Shown here piece by piece: positions 53,787 to 64,000 of a DNA stretch of 64,000 bases. Every line of letters begins with the position of its first letter. Within the stretch, counting starts at the first letter, position 1. A program made the position numbers and the translations under genes. The stretch lies in the NCBI GenBank assembly GCA_963826785.1, contig CAWGYD010000008.1, forward strand, positions 32,001-96,000, written 5' to 3'. This stretch comes from an uncultured delta proteobacterium (GTDB lineage Bacteria; Desulfobacterota; Desulfobacteria; Desulfobacterales; Desulfosalsimonadaceae). The notes under the pieces were generated by a model that searched no databases, was not told the DNA's origin, and saw only the letters and a program-made list of their open reading frames with translations.

Positions 53787-55309
53787 TTACCGCACAAAAT
53801 TCATTGCAGCGCGAAGCTGATGGAATCGGGCAATCCGCTCTTCCCTGGAAAAACAGAGGGAAAAAACACAAAGTATGTATAGCGGCCATGGCCAAAGACA
53901 TTTCGAATAAAAATGTCATCCATGTCATGAATCGCAATCCACTGCGAGAGAAAATACAAGGTTAAAGAAAAGATCAACACGGCAAACAAAGGCGGGAAAA
54001 AAGCCTCTCCTAAAAATTTCCGGTACGAAATTTTCAACAATCTGCACGTATACCATGGAATCCACAGGAGATTGAACATGATCATCGGTATGGTTTTTCC
54101 GAGCGCCGTTCCCGCTATGCCGTAATATTTCATTAGAACAATGATTAAAACGATGCTGATAACGGCCTGCAAAACGGCAGAGTATGCCGCAAGATTATGT
54201 TTTGCCAGACCCTGCAGGACCTGAATGCAAATATGCTGAGCGAGAAAGGCGATGATTCCGATGGACAAAATGACAAGGGTCGGATAACTGAGGGCGGCAT
54301 ATTTATGACCGATCCACAGATTTAAAAATTCATGGCCGACAATCATGTAAGATGCGCCCATCGGCAAGGAAATCATCATGACATACTTGGTTCCGACTGA
54401 CATTAACGATTTGTACTTTGCATTTTGATTCAGAGCCTCCAGCTGGCTTACGGTCGGCTGGAAAACACTCATTCCCATTACTAACAGCCGTATATACCCG
54501 GTTAATCGATGAGCAACCCCGTAGAAAGCGATGGCAGCGGTCCCGATGAAGTATCCGATCAGAAGGCTGTCGGCCGCAAAAATCAATCGTATTGCGATAA
54601 TATATAAAAAAAAGAAGAGGCTGTAGTCGGAAACCATTCTGAAGCTCTTTTTGCGGATAAATTTCATACCGATCTTAAAGCCGTCGTTCATTTTATAAAC
54701 ATATATGATTTGAACTGCACCTTCCAATAGGCTGGTGACGAAATGAATCATCGCAAGACATATCAACCCGAATCCATACAGGACAAAGATCACGATCGCC
54801 ATTGTGCGAAGGATCATCATGCAGATAGAAATAAATGCGATCGCATCATATCTCTGGACGCCTCGCATGTAGCTTGAAAAAATACTTAACGGTATGGATG
54901 CGGCTATCTGAAGTCCGATGATGAGAACGACATATTTGGCCTCGGTGAGAAGCTGAACCGGTATCTTGAAATAAACGATCCCGTAAAACGAGATGATAAC
55001 CGATAAGATCGCCGCGAGAATGCCTGTTCCCAGATACAGGCAAAAAGATGCCGTGCAAATTTCATTCAATGATGCGATGTCTTTTTTGGAGGTATATTCG
55101 GCCACATATTTGACGACCGATCCGCCTACCCCGAGATTAAGCAATCCGAGATAACCGGTGAAGTTCAATGTCAAAATCCAGAGGCCGTAACGGTCATCCC
55201 CATAGCTGTGGATGAGAAACGGCATCATCAGGAAACCGACCATCATCCCGAGGAAAATGGACCCCCAGTTCCCAAGGATATTCCGAATAATTTGAACAGA
55301 TGTGATCAT
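53787..55309 (-). CDS. Polysaccharide flippase (Wzx-like); two extra bases near the 3' end
   Basis: About 14 TM helices, YG...YGLW; repaired C-terminus reads ...TWMTFLFEMSLAMAAYILCVFSLCFSREERIARF...stop. Confidence 0.82.
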
Positions 55310-55340
55310 GGTATAAAAACCGAATGCGGGTTATTTGGGG

Positions 55341-56459
55341 TTATGCGCATTTTGCAATTTCTATAAATAAATCTTCATAACTTTTAATCCATTTCCGGGT
55401 ATCATGCTTTTCATGAACATAGCGCTGTGCATTTGCGGACAGCATTTTAGAAAGACTTTGGGATTGCAGGATTCTTATCAACGCCCGGCTGAGCGCTTGG
55501 GGATCATTGGGGGGAACCAGCAGGCCGGTTTTTTCATTAGCCACAACATCTCTGATACCGATAATATCAGTCCCGACGATCGGACGACTCGCCGCCATGG
55601 CTTCCAGGAGTGTCAGGGGGATACCTTCCATATCCGAAGGCAGACAATAAACATCCATGATCTGCATCAATTCAGGAATATCAGATCTTGACCCCGCTAT
55701 GATGACATCATTTACCAAACCCAGCTTTTCGATCAGGTTCATCAGATCAGATCGTCGCTTGCCTTCACCGACGATCAGTAATTTCACATGATCCATTCTT
55801 TGTTTGATGAGATTGAAAGCCGCAATCAAATTGGGATAGTTCTTTTGCCGCTTCAGACTGCCGACAGATCCGATGACCCGGTCTTCATTTTTAAACCCGA
55901 ATTCCTTTTTTTTATCAAAAACCGTTTCGGCAGTCTCAAACCGGGAAATATTGATAGAATTTTGAATCGTAAACACCTTGGTATAATTCAGCCCGTATTT
56001 CCTGTGTATGGAATCACTGACATCCCTTGAAATGCCGATCCCTCCTTCAGAAAATTTCAGCATGAATTTCCCCACAGCCGGCCAGTACTTTTTTACGCCT
56101 TCAACTTCCCAGCAGCTATGGGCAGTGTACAGTAATTTGCACCGATTCAATTTCGCCGCAAAAAATCCATAAAAAAATGGCGTCATGTGATGCGCATTGA
56201 TGAGTTGAATATGGTTTTGACTACAATAACTTGATACTTTCCTTATGGTTTCGAGTGCGTCTTTTCCTTGCTTGTGAATACAAACTGTGGGAATTCCAAG
56301 ATTGCGAAATTCTTCATGCATTTCTCCATCAGTAAGGGAGATGACAAATGGCTGAAATTTTCTGCTGCTCAAGTTCTCACATAAATCCTTGACGACCCTT
56401 TCCGACCCCCCGGTCCGGAAAGTTTGCAGAATAAATAAAATTCTGATTTTTTCGCTCAT
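55341..56459 (-). CDS. Glycosyltransferase family 4
   Basis: GGSER, VGSL..QKN, EGIPLTLLEAMA. Confidence 0.9.
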   Translation of the reverse strand: MSEKIRILFILQTFRTGGSERVVKDLCENLSSRKFQPFVISLTDGEMHEEFRNLGIPTVCIHKQGKDALETIRKVSSYCSQNHIQLINAHHMTPFFYGFFAAKLNRCKLLYTAHSCWEVEGVKKYWPAVGKFMLKFSEGGIGISRDVSDSIHRKYGLNYTKVFTIQNSINISRFETAETVFDKKKEFGFKNEDRVIGSVGSLKRQKNYPNLIAAFNLIKQRMDHVKLLIVGEGKRRSDLMNLIEKLGLVNDVIIAGSRSDIPELMQIMDVYCLPSDMEGIPLTLLEAMAASRPIVGTDIIGIRDVVANEKTGLLVPPNDPQALSRALIRILQSQSLSKMLSANAQRYVHEKHDTRKWIKSYEDLFIEIAKCA

Positions 56460-56550
56460 AATGTTCTGATATTCAATGCTTCCATCATCTGTTTTCAAGC
56501 GTTCTCTCTCCGGTAAGGACGAATTCACCAATACCAATAGAATATATCGG

Positions 56551-57303
56551 CTATACTTCAGCGCCGCGAGGAAACGTCACTACATTTTTTAAGACGAACT
56601 TATAATAGCCGAATTTCATTTGTGCCTTTATGAAATCATTTAGTGTCCATCGTTTCCTGCCGATGTTTCGGTCATAGATTTGTTTGAAATCATTGATGGT
56701 CAAACGTGTCCCAATGTGGCGATTCAACAATTCGATTGACCGTTCTGTCTTTATAATTAGATCTTCGAAGCTTAAACTCAAATAATCCAGACCTTCCGTT
56801 TTTAGGAAATGCTTGGAAGCTTCTTCAGAAGATTGATGTATTGCTTTTAGTTTTTCGATGGGGATGGCAAATTTTCCTCTTAAAATCAAACCCGTCCACG
56901 TTTGCCGCAAATCCCGCGTCATGAGGATAAATTTGCATTTTTGGATGTCGACCAATTTTTTCCAGAATTGCATCGTAAATGACAGCCTGGGATCCTTCCA
57001 CAGCCACGGCATGTGCTTATCATTCTCAATTACAAACTGATTATAGGGATTTAGATCTATCTTACCATGCAGTTCACCTATCTTATGAGGAGAAGGAGAA
57101 GGGATATCGGAAACATCTCTCCAAAAAAATCCGGATTTCCTGAACAGTTCGATATTATGATCCACCAGGGCGGCGTTCTCGTATGTGTCGTAAGCGACCT
57201 TTTTTGTATCCTTCCCCACCCAGTATCCTTCTTTTGAGATGAGCGCCGCAAGAACGCTGCTACCGCATATTCCGCCTGTTAAGATGATGACATTGGGCAA
57301 CAT
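56551..57303 (-). CDS. Sulfotransferase-like protein
   Basis: ILTGGICGSSVLA N-terminal loop, WKDPR, MTRD, FEDLI. Confidence 0.6.
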   Translation of the reverse strand: MLPNVIILTGGICGSSVLAALISKEGYWVGKDTKKVAYDTYENAALVDHNIELFRKSGFFWRDVSDIPSPSPHKIGELHGKIDLNPYNQFVIENDKHMPWLWKDPRLSFTMQFWKKLVDIQKCKFILMTRDLRQTWTGLILRGKFAIPIEKLKAIHQSSEEASKHFLKTEGLDYLSLSFEDLIIKTERSIELLNRHIGTRLTINDFKQIYDRNIGRKRWTLNDFIKAQMKFGYYKFVLKNVVTFPRGAEV

Positions 57304-57385
57304 ATGGTATGACTCCTGATGTTATTCCATGAAAAGAGATTTGGATTTTTCGGCCTTGCATACCGTTCCGGACAGGAACTGTGAT

Positions 57386-58063
57386 TCAGGTCAAGAACGT
57401 CTGATAAAACTTTAATTTGACATATTCTACCAGCAGGCCGGATGCCGAGACATTTGTATGGGAACCATATACATAAACCTTGACCGGTTTATGCTTTAGA
57501 AACTGTTCAAAGCTGATCCGGACTCTTCGGGTGTGATAATCAGATGAAATCAGGACTACAGACGTGTATGACTCGCCAATAATTATCCGGGAAATATTTT
57601 TGGCCTCATTATGTGTCCCGAAATACCCATCTTCCATCTTTATAAAATTAATCTTTTCAACAGGAATGCCAATTTTTTTCATTTCTGCGGATGCCCATTC
57701 GTCATTGGTCAAATTCCGGCCGGCAGGTGGGCTGTATTCTGTTATTCCCGGCCGGCTCAGCATTAAAATTTTTTTACAGTTCCGTTTTCTGCAAAGGTCG
57801 TAAACCACTTGAAATTTTTGAATCAGGCTGTTTTGGCTGCCGCCCAGGATATAAACCGCATCGACATCATTTTTCGGCAAACGCAAATCAGCATCAACGA
57901 GTCTTGGCAGGATCAAACCCGATATTGCCTGATCAAAGGAGGGCATCCATCTCCCACATGATTGTTCATTGATGTAAGGGTAAATCAGGAAAGCGAAAGT
58001 GAAGCCAAAAAGAGCAATTGCCCAAAAAAGAAGAGTTTTTTGTTTTCCTTCAACTATCTGCAT
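57386..58063 (-). CDS. YdcF/DUF218 (ElyC-like) protein
   Basis: N-terminal TM; DAVYILGG, GTHNEA, ISSDYHTRR. Confidence 0.75.
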   Translation of the reverse strand: MQIVEGKQKTLLFWAIALFGFTFAFLIYPYINEQSCGRWMPSFDQAISGLILPRLVDADLRLPKNDVDAVYILGGSQNSLIQKFQVVYDLCRKRNCKKILMLSRPGITEYSPPAGRNLTNDEWASAEMKKIGIPVEKINFIKMEDGYFGTHNEAKNISRIIIGESYTSVVLISSDYHTRRVRISFEQFLKHKPVKVYVYGSHTNVSASGLLVEYVKLKFYQTFLT

Positions 58064-58064
58064 T

Positions 58065-59213
58065 TCACCGGCTCGGATTCCAGATCATATCTGTTTCACC
58101 CCGGAGAAATTTTATCCAGCCTTTGATCACGGAGAGGTTTACCATCACAAATGTGCGGCAAATCTCTGCCACTTTAAGCGCATGGGTCTGCTTCGGAATC
58201 GGCAATATTTTAAATGCGATAAAATAGAAACTTAACTGGGCGAACAATGTGCCCGCGTAAAACGGATTCAAATTGCCGATGACGATGAATACATTTGCCA
58301 GAAACGCCGTCAATAAAAGAACCGGCACGAAAAATCTCAACAACTTGTGTGAAAATAACTGAAAACTGAACAAGGGGTATTTTAAAGGATTGAGCAGAGA
58401 ACCATGTGTAAAAATAGCTCTGAGGGTGCGATTGGTGATTCGCACCTGACGGGCATATTCATTTTCTGAATCCCGACAGGTGTTTTCGCAGCAAAATGCC
58501 CCCTGCGCCAGCACCCCGCGATATCCCTGTTCCACAATTTTAAGGGGGATTACGAAATCATTTATATCGCAGCAGGCCAAGGGTTTGTAAAGCTTGCTGC
58601 GAATTGCGAAGATTGCGCCATCGGCACAGACACATGATCCGATTTTTCCTTCCAGTCTCTTCGTCCATGCCTCTATCCGGGTATACAGACCCACCGATAA
58701 ATGCGAACATGATTCTTGATTTTGGCGATAACGGGTATGGCCCGTAACAAAGCCGACTTTTCTCAAGGCAAAACAGCGCACCAGCGATTTGATGGATTCT
58801 TTATGATACAGGGAGTTCGCATCCGAAAAGACGATTATGTCTCCCGTCGCCGAAGGTATGGTCATGTTGAGGCATGCGGTTTTTCCGATGCGACCGGTAT
58901 AATGTTTCAACATCACACCGCGGTCGGCAAACGATTGAACGATGCTGTCGGTCTGATCGGTGGATCCATCAGAAATCACGATGATTTCAAGAAGGTCGGC
59001 CGGGTATTCCAGTTCCAGGGTATTTACAAGCTTTTTTTCAATGTTTTTTGCTTCGTTGTATGCCGAAATCAGGATGGACACCCTGGGGAAATGCGTGCTT
59101 TCATGCAAAGGGGGCTCTTTACTGAAGAAAATGCCTGCTAACGAAAGCAAAAGAGGATAACCGACGTAAGCATAAACAATCAGAGTGACAGAAAGCCAGA
59201 AAAGGAGAATCAT
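58065..59213 (-). CDS. Glycosyltransferase family 2
   Basis: ISAYNE, SDGSTD, SDAN, DGAIFAIR. Confidence 0.9.
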   Translation of the reverse strand: MILLFWLSVTLIVYAYVGYPLLLSLAGIFFSKEPPLHESTHFPRVSILISAYNEAKNIEKKLVNTLELEYPADLLEIIVISDGSTDQTDSIVQSFADRGVMLKHYTGRIGKTACLNMTIPSATGDIIVFSDANSLYHKESIKSLVRCFALRKVGFVTGHTRYRQNQESCSHLSVGLYTRIEAWTKRLEGKIGSCVCADGAIFAIRSKLYKPLACCDINDFVIPLKIVEQGYRGVLAQGAFCCENTCRDSENEYARQVRITNRTLRAIFTHGSLLNPLKYPLFSFQLFSHKLLRFFVPVLLLTAFLANVFIVIGNLNPFYAGTLFAQLSFYFIAFKILPIPKQTHALKVAEICRTFVMVNLSVIKGWIKFLRGETDMIWNPSR

Positions 59214-59255
59214 GAAATACCCGTCTTGTTTTCTACTTGAATAAAATTTGGCGCA

Positions 59256-59906
59256 CTATTTTTCTTCCGGCCAATAATCAGGAAGAATGATCAACAGTTT
59301 TTCCGCAAAAAATCGCATGTCTTCTTTGGCCTGCGCCAATTTATCTTTTGGCGTCAACATCGAAATGCGAATAAATGCGCCGTCATTACGATTATGCGCG
59401 ATGCGTCCTATGAAACGCTGGATATTCTGCTCAATGCCGTTAGAAAGGACGTGTATCTTATCGCTTTGATACCAGTGCAAAACATTTTCGTACACATCGC
59501 CTTTTTGGGCGACAATATAGTTTACAGCCGCCCTGCCCCGTCCTGTGTCCAGCGAAACTGTCCCGGTTTTGATGATCCCCCAGCCCGCACTCGGCAGGCA
59601 GGCATATGGGTTGTGGCCGGTGCGACCGCCCTTGGCCGTGCCGTAATAGCCGATGTATAGATTGACCCGGGTGCCATTCGGATTCAGATATTGCCGGTAT
59701 ACATAATGATCTGCGTTTAGCGCCGCATATACCGAATCGGGGAATCGTTTTTCAGTTCCTTGATACGCGCCGATTTGCATCGGGATGTTTTCAAGGTTGG
59801 TATTAACGACCACCGGCATGCCGCGTTTTCCGACAAGAATGACGGCCAATAAAGTGGCGGCCAATAAGGTGATTGAAATCGCATATGGTTTATTCAAAAA
59901 AATCAT
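59256..59906 (-). CDS. epsI: Exosortase-associated EpsI family protein
   Basis: LYIGYY, HNPYACLPSAGW, WYQS, RNDGAFIRIS. Confidence 0.85.
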   Translation of the reverse strand: MIFLNKPYAISITLLAATLLAVILVGKRGMPVVVNTNLENIPMQIGAYQGTEKRFPDSVYAALNADHYVYRQYLNPNGTRVNLYIGYYGTAKGGRTGHNPYACLPSAGWGIIKTGTVSLDTGRGRAAVNYIVAQKGDVYENVLHWYQSDKIHVLSNGIEQNIQRFIGRIAHNRNDGAFIRISMLTPKDKLAQAKEDMRFFAEKLLIILPDYWPEEK

Positions 59907-59992
59907 TTGATTTTTACTGGCATCGGTTTTTCAAAAAAAAATCATGGCAGCACCGCCCATTATCGCGCCTTGAAAAAACATTTGTTCAATAT

Positions 59993-60126
59993 TGATGAAC
60001 CCGCAAAAAGTCCGAAGTTCGTCACTCCGGTGAAAACCGGACTCTATAACCAACTTAGTTTGTAGTAGATTCCGGCCTCCGCCGGAATGACGAAAGCGTA
60101 AAATCCGACTTTTTACGGCTTCATCA
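59993..60126. mobile_element. 134-bp MITE-like element, copy 2
   Basis: Three substitutions relative to 3735-3868; ATAT on both flanks. Confidence 0.85.
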
Positions 60127-60133
60127 ATATTTA

Positions 60134-60274
60134 GTGGCTGAACGAAAACCGTCTATTTGCCCAATATCTGCGTCAAGCTAAAATTTTAATCCTCAAAATA
60201 CCTCGAGTATTCCTGCGGTTAAAATTTTCGCCTTCCTTGATCTTGAACAAATATACTGGTTTTCGTTCGGCCAC
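60134..60274. mobile_element. Second small inverted-repeat element
   Basis: 17-bp terminal inverted repeats (GTGGCTGAACGAAAACC / GGTTTTCGTTCGGCCAC, 1 mismatch), TATTTA on both flanks. Confidence 0.6.
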
Positions 60275-60285
60275 TATTTAGTTTC

Positions 60286-61161
60286 TTATGCACCGCATTG
60301 TGTATATTTTTTCTTCAACTTGGAGCCGTATGCATGCTGAAGCATTTGATAAGTGCCCATCAGGATGACCAGTCCAAAGACGAACACAGCCATGCCTGAA
60401 AATTCGTGTAAAAAACCCTGCGCCACGCGGGCGCCGTAAAAATGCGCCAGTATGCCGGTCCCCGTTACCCTGATGATATTTGCAAAGATGGCGATGGGAA
60501 CGGTCAATGCAATCAGCAGCGCAGCACCGGGTGCGGCCATCCGGTTGTGATATACGAACAGGATGCCCAGCATCAGCATGGCCATCATCGATTGAATACC
60601 GCTGCAAGCTTGGGCTACTTCCAACTGTGTCCGCGCAAAATATAGGATGTTGCCTTCCTGATACACCGGGATCGAAACAAACTGGATCAAGGCAGCGGAA
60701 ATGTCGGTTGCCAGGTGCTGCAATGGAAGTGAGATAAGCGTTAAGATGGAGACCGGCACCGGTATCATAAAAAGCAAAAAGAAAAGTGGAAATGACAATT
60801 TTTTAAAAACGATTGCACCATAATTATAGAGCACCAATCCCATTAATGAAAAAACCATCATGCAGCGCGCGCTAACGGAAATGCCTCCCGCCAGACTTAA
60901 AACGTAGATCGACAGGCTCCCGAACAACAAAAATACGCCCCGCAAGTCCACCTGGATGGGGCAACCCTTGAGTTCAGGCCGCTTTTTCCATATGTAAAAA
61001 GCGGCGATCAACGGAACCAGCAATCCATGGGAATTATTGGGATCATCTGTCCACGCCTTTATCAATTGAGGGAATAATGGATAAAAGACGACCATCCACA
61101 TCGCAAAAAGGGTCAAACCTTTAACACTTAATAGTTTATGGGTTCTAAAAGAACCTGGCAT
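60286..61161 (-). CDS. Exosortase (EpsH-like)
   Basis: SHGLLVP, VAQACSG (Cys), ANIIRV (Arg), FLHEFSG (His); own GGAG RBS before ATG 61161. Confidence 0.88.
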   Translation of the reverse strand: MPGSFRTHKLLSVKGLTLFAMWMVVFYPLFPQLIKAWTDDPNNSHGLLVPLIAAFYIWKKRPELKGCPIQVDLRGVFLLFGSLSIYVLSLAGGISVSARCMMVFSLMGLVLYNYGAIVFKKLSFPLFFLLFMIPVPVSILTLISLPLQHLATDISAALIQFVSIPVYQEGNILYFARTQLEVAQACSGIQSMMAMLMLGILFVYHNRMAAPGAALLIALTVPIAIFANIIRVTGTGILAHFYGARVAQGFLHEFSGMAVFVFGLVILMGTYQMLQHAYGSKLKKKYTQCGA

Positions 61162-61226
61162 TTGTACTCCCATTAAACGAAAATGCATGATGTGATGGGT
61201 GCGAGATGATCCGGAAATGAGAGTGC

Positions 61227-62478
61227 TCAACTCGAATAGAGATGATGCATTCGCATGAACTTTTTCAAAAATGCCGATGATCCTTTGTCGGTCTTTTGAT
61301 GACAGAAACCCATGCACCGGAAGGGTTAAGAGTCTTTCGGCGCACGCTTTTGCGCCGGGAAAATCCGTTGCGCAAGATTCATATTTGAGTTCGCCGATGG
61401 CATCTATCGAGTCCGGGTATGAAGGCATCAGGCCAAGTCCCTGCTGATCACTCATTTCAAGCAGATTTTCCCGCAGGGCGGCATTCTGAACCAGGACGGG
61501 AAACCGGAGTAAGGGATAGGCCGGTACCCGCCCGTTTGTTTTTGGAATTGATTCAATCCAGTCAAAATGACCCAAAGCATGCGCCCAGAAAGCCGCGTGA
61601 CCTGCACGCACCTGCTGAAATGCTGCGATGGCCATTTTCCAGTTTCGTGCCAGACCTGCCTGGAAAGCTGAAAATTGTTTAATGGGGAACTCGGGATCAA
61701 AAATAGTTTCCCCCAGTTTCAGCATCGGCATGGATTTCGGTATCCAGAAAAAGGAAGGATGCATAAAGGCGGACAGCGCAATGGCATATGCAAGATGATT
61801 CAATCGATGCGCTGAAGATTGCACAGCAAAATTGGGGATAACCGATTCGATGCGTTCTGCCATCCCGTCTGAGTTGGTGAGAACGATCCCGCCATCAACA
61901 GTGGAAAAGGCTTTGCCGCGGCCAAGGCTGAAAAAACCGATGTCTCCCAGGGTTCCCAGAAGTTTTTTATTGAAGACATTTCCCATGGCCTGAGCCGCAT
62001 CCTCGATGATGAATACCTCCGGATCGATTAGCAGCGTTCGTATTCGGTTTATATCAGAGGGGATGCCGAACAGGTGATTGCCGACAATCGCAAGAAGACG
62101 ATCCGTATGCTTAAGGGTGGCTTTAAGTTTTTCATCATCATAATTCAGGGTTGCCGGATTAACATCGCATAAACGCACCTTCAGCCCGGCTCTTATGATG
62201 GCGGATGGAACGGAATAGCATGTAAAGGCCGGTATGAGGACCTCGTTCCGGTCGGGAAAATTCTGTTTGAGCGCCCGGAGGATAATGGTCAAAGCAGCTT
62301 TTCCCGATGAGAGCAAAAAGCAGTGCTTGACCTTGAAATGGTCTTTGAGCGAAAGCATGAAATCATCAATTTCTGCCTGCCCGCGCATCACCCCTTTAAA
62401 GCCCCGGAAAACCGCATGGATAGGGATCGGGGCTGCGGCCGGAGGAAGGGTGCGCTTGATAAGCATACGATTGATCAC
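61227..62478 (-). CDS. DegT/DnrJ/EryC1/StrS aminotransferase-family protein
   Basis: SSGKAAL, PAFTC.SV, IIEDAAQ, SLGRGK, LLTLP. 3' end inferred; as sequenced it reads through into the exosortase. Confidence 0.8.
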
Positions 62479-63545
62479 AAGGAAATATATTTTCTTATCC
62501 GGCTGCCGATAAAAGTGGCGGCAGGAAGCGGCATCTTCTGGAAAACGGCTTCACCCATACTTCGAATTTGATTTCCCGCATTGGAAACGGATCCGGGCAG
62601 CAGGAACCTGGATTTTGTCTTCGAAATCTTCCAATTTTCCCAGTTTAAAGGATGCGGTTTTGCCCCCCACTGTTGCTTGAACCTGTAAGTTCCTTCACCG
62701 GGTGTTGAACGGCCGAAATCGAAAAATGCATATCCCTTGTCGGCGGCATATTTAATGAACGACCAATACAGGGTCATGTTGGCATTATATCGATTGAACC
62801 GTCTCAGGGAAGAAGCCCAGGGAATGGATACGACACGTTTGTGGCAAAGGATAATTCCGGCGGCGGCGGGCGTATGATCCGGCATGTATACAACGCCGCA
62901 TTTTGCCCTTTCATCATAATACTTCAAAATGCTTCTCAACCAGTTTCTACTGTGAACAGGGGAACCCAGGTCACGCATGTTTTCGTTAAAGACAGAATAA
63001 AAATCATTTAAAAGTTCCGCCCCCCCCACCACGGCGAACAAACCATCCCGTTCCGGTTTATTGATCTGGCTTCGAAGTTTTGATTTGAAGGAAGAAAAAA
63101 GGTCTTCCGAATTGTCCGGCAATTCAAGAAGCATGCGTACTTTTTGCGGGGAGAATTTATTGGAGTCGGGATTCGATTCAATGGAAGATCGCATCTCCAC
63201 GTTTGAAATCTTGTGCACAAGTGCATATCGGCAGGCAAAATCAAAAAGATCTTCAGCAACTTCCGGACTTTCGGCCAACATGCCGCCGATATCGCAATAG
63301 GGCAGAGAAACAAGCTTTCCCTCACATAAAGGGGGATGAACGTGGACCGTCGGCAGAATACCGCAGACCCGATCCTCCTCCTCCGCCAAAAAATACGGGC
63401 ATTCGAATTGATAGGAATCTTCTATGGCCTGCTTCCAGGCAAAAAAATGGTAGGCAAGCCCAATTTTATGGCCCTCTACAAAATCATCCCATCGCGTTTG
63501 ATCAGCGTTTTGAGCACTTCGGATAGTGATATTTTGAGAACTCAC
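62475..63545 (-). CDS. FemAB-related (GNAT) protein of exosortase-associated EPS loci
   Basis: LVSLPY, KLRSQI.K, MRDLGSP, FDFGRS...GTY.FK.QWGA; GTG start overlaps the upstream stop. Confidence 0.85.
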   Translation of the reverse strand: MSSQNITIRSAQNADQTRWDDFVEGHKIGLAYHFFAWKQAIEDSYQFECPYFLAEEEDRVCGILPTVHVHPPLCEGKLVSLPYCDIGGMLAESPEVAEDLFDFACRYALVHKISNVEMRSSIESNPDSNKFSPQKVRMLLELPDNSEDLFSSFKSKLRSQINKPERDGLFAVVGGAELLNDFYSVFNENMRDLGSPVHSRNWLRSILKYYDERAKCGVVYMPDHTPAAAGIILCHKRVVSIPWASSLRRFNRYNANMTLYWSFIKYAADKGYAFFDFGRSTPGEGTYRFKQQWGAKPHPLNWENWKISKTKSRFLLPGSVSNAGNQIRSMGEAVFQKMPLPAATFIGSRIRKYISL

Positions 63546-63976
63546 CGGATATCTCTTTTTGACATCGACGCTAATGAGTGAATGAAACATCCGCCGCCGC
63601 CGCCATCCTGACCCGAATCCACATCATGATTCGAATTCCCATCCTGAGCGCTGGAGACAGCATAGTAGACGGCTTCTGAAAAATCGCTTTCGTTGCCTTG
63701 CCTGTCAAAACTTTTTGCCGCAAATCCGTAGGTCGCCCCTTCCGCCAGGCCGAACACGCGGCAGGAAGTCTGTTCAGGCGAATTGATAATTTCCGCAGGC
63801 TCTGATTTGAAGTCGGTATCCGCGCATCCATAAAATAAAAAGTATCCGGAAACTCTCAAATCATCGGGTTTTGCCCAACTCAGGATCACATTTTGCGATT
63901 GGACTGAAGCTGCAGGTATTGAGAAAAACAGACTTGAAAAAATGATAATTTTCCGCAGCAATGAAAGTCGCCTCAT
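63542..63976 (-). CDS. Small secreted FN3 protein with C-terminal GGGGGCFI motif
   Basis: Signal peptide; VILSW...GY.LFYG...GLAEGATYGFAAKSFD..GNESDFS; GGGGGCFIHSL tail. Confidence 0.8.
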   Translation of the reverse strand: MRRLSLLRKIIIFSSLFFSIPAASVQSQNVILSWAKPDDLRVSGYFLFYGCADTDFKSEPAEIINSPEQTSCRVFGLAEGATYGFAAKSFDRQGNESDFSEAVYYAVSSAQDGNSNHDVDSGQDGGGGGCFIHSLASMSKRDIR

Positions 63977-64000
63977 TTCATCATCCGGGATTTTTTTTGC

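Noticed and set aside
60286..62478. 730-aa DegT aminotransferase-exosortase fusion
   Set aside because: The exosortase has its own RBS and ATG at 61161, and removing one base gives DegT a TGA at 61227-61229, matching the window-wide insertion bias. Probably an artefact.

Overview
Genomic window from a sulfate-reducing Desulfobacterota-like bacterium (inferred from dsrC, hdrA-flx and selenoprotein use). It has four blocks. (1) 1-15.4 kb: glpK, a lipase-like hydrolase, htpX, paaI-like, miaA, then an hdrA-flxDCBA cluster followed by dsrC. hdrA and flxD/mvhD each carry an in-frame selenocysteine UGA that the ORF track misses. (2) 15.5-30.4 kb, minus strand: a candidate envelope-spanning system for hydrophobic molecules, with an MMPL/RND transporter, a LolA-like protein, an outer-membrane barrel, a 1631-aa lipoprotein built of 254-aa tandem repeats, a TatT-associated TRAP transporter and a TetR regulator. 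(3) 30.9-34.2 kb: a sigma54-like promoter and a c-di-GMP-I riboswitch with an RBS-sequestering hairpin, upstream of two secreted proteins. (4) 34.2-64 kb, minus strand: an exosortase/EpsI-associated exopolysaccharide locus rich in tailoring enzymes. Two copies of a 134-bp MITE-like element and other palindromic elements are present. About a dozen frameshifts all correspond to one extra base, which points to insertion-type sequencing errors, so split and fused ORFs are reported as repaired genes. All product calls come from motif recognition by eye; no database searches were run.
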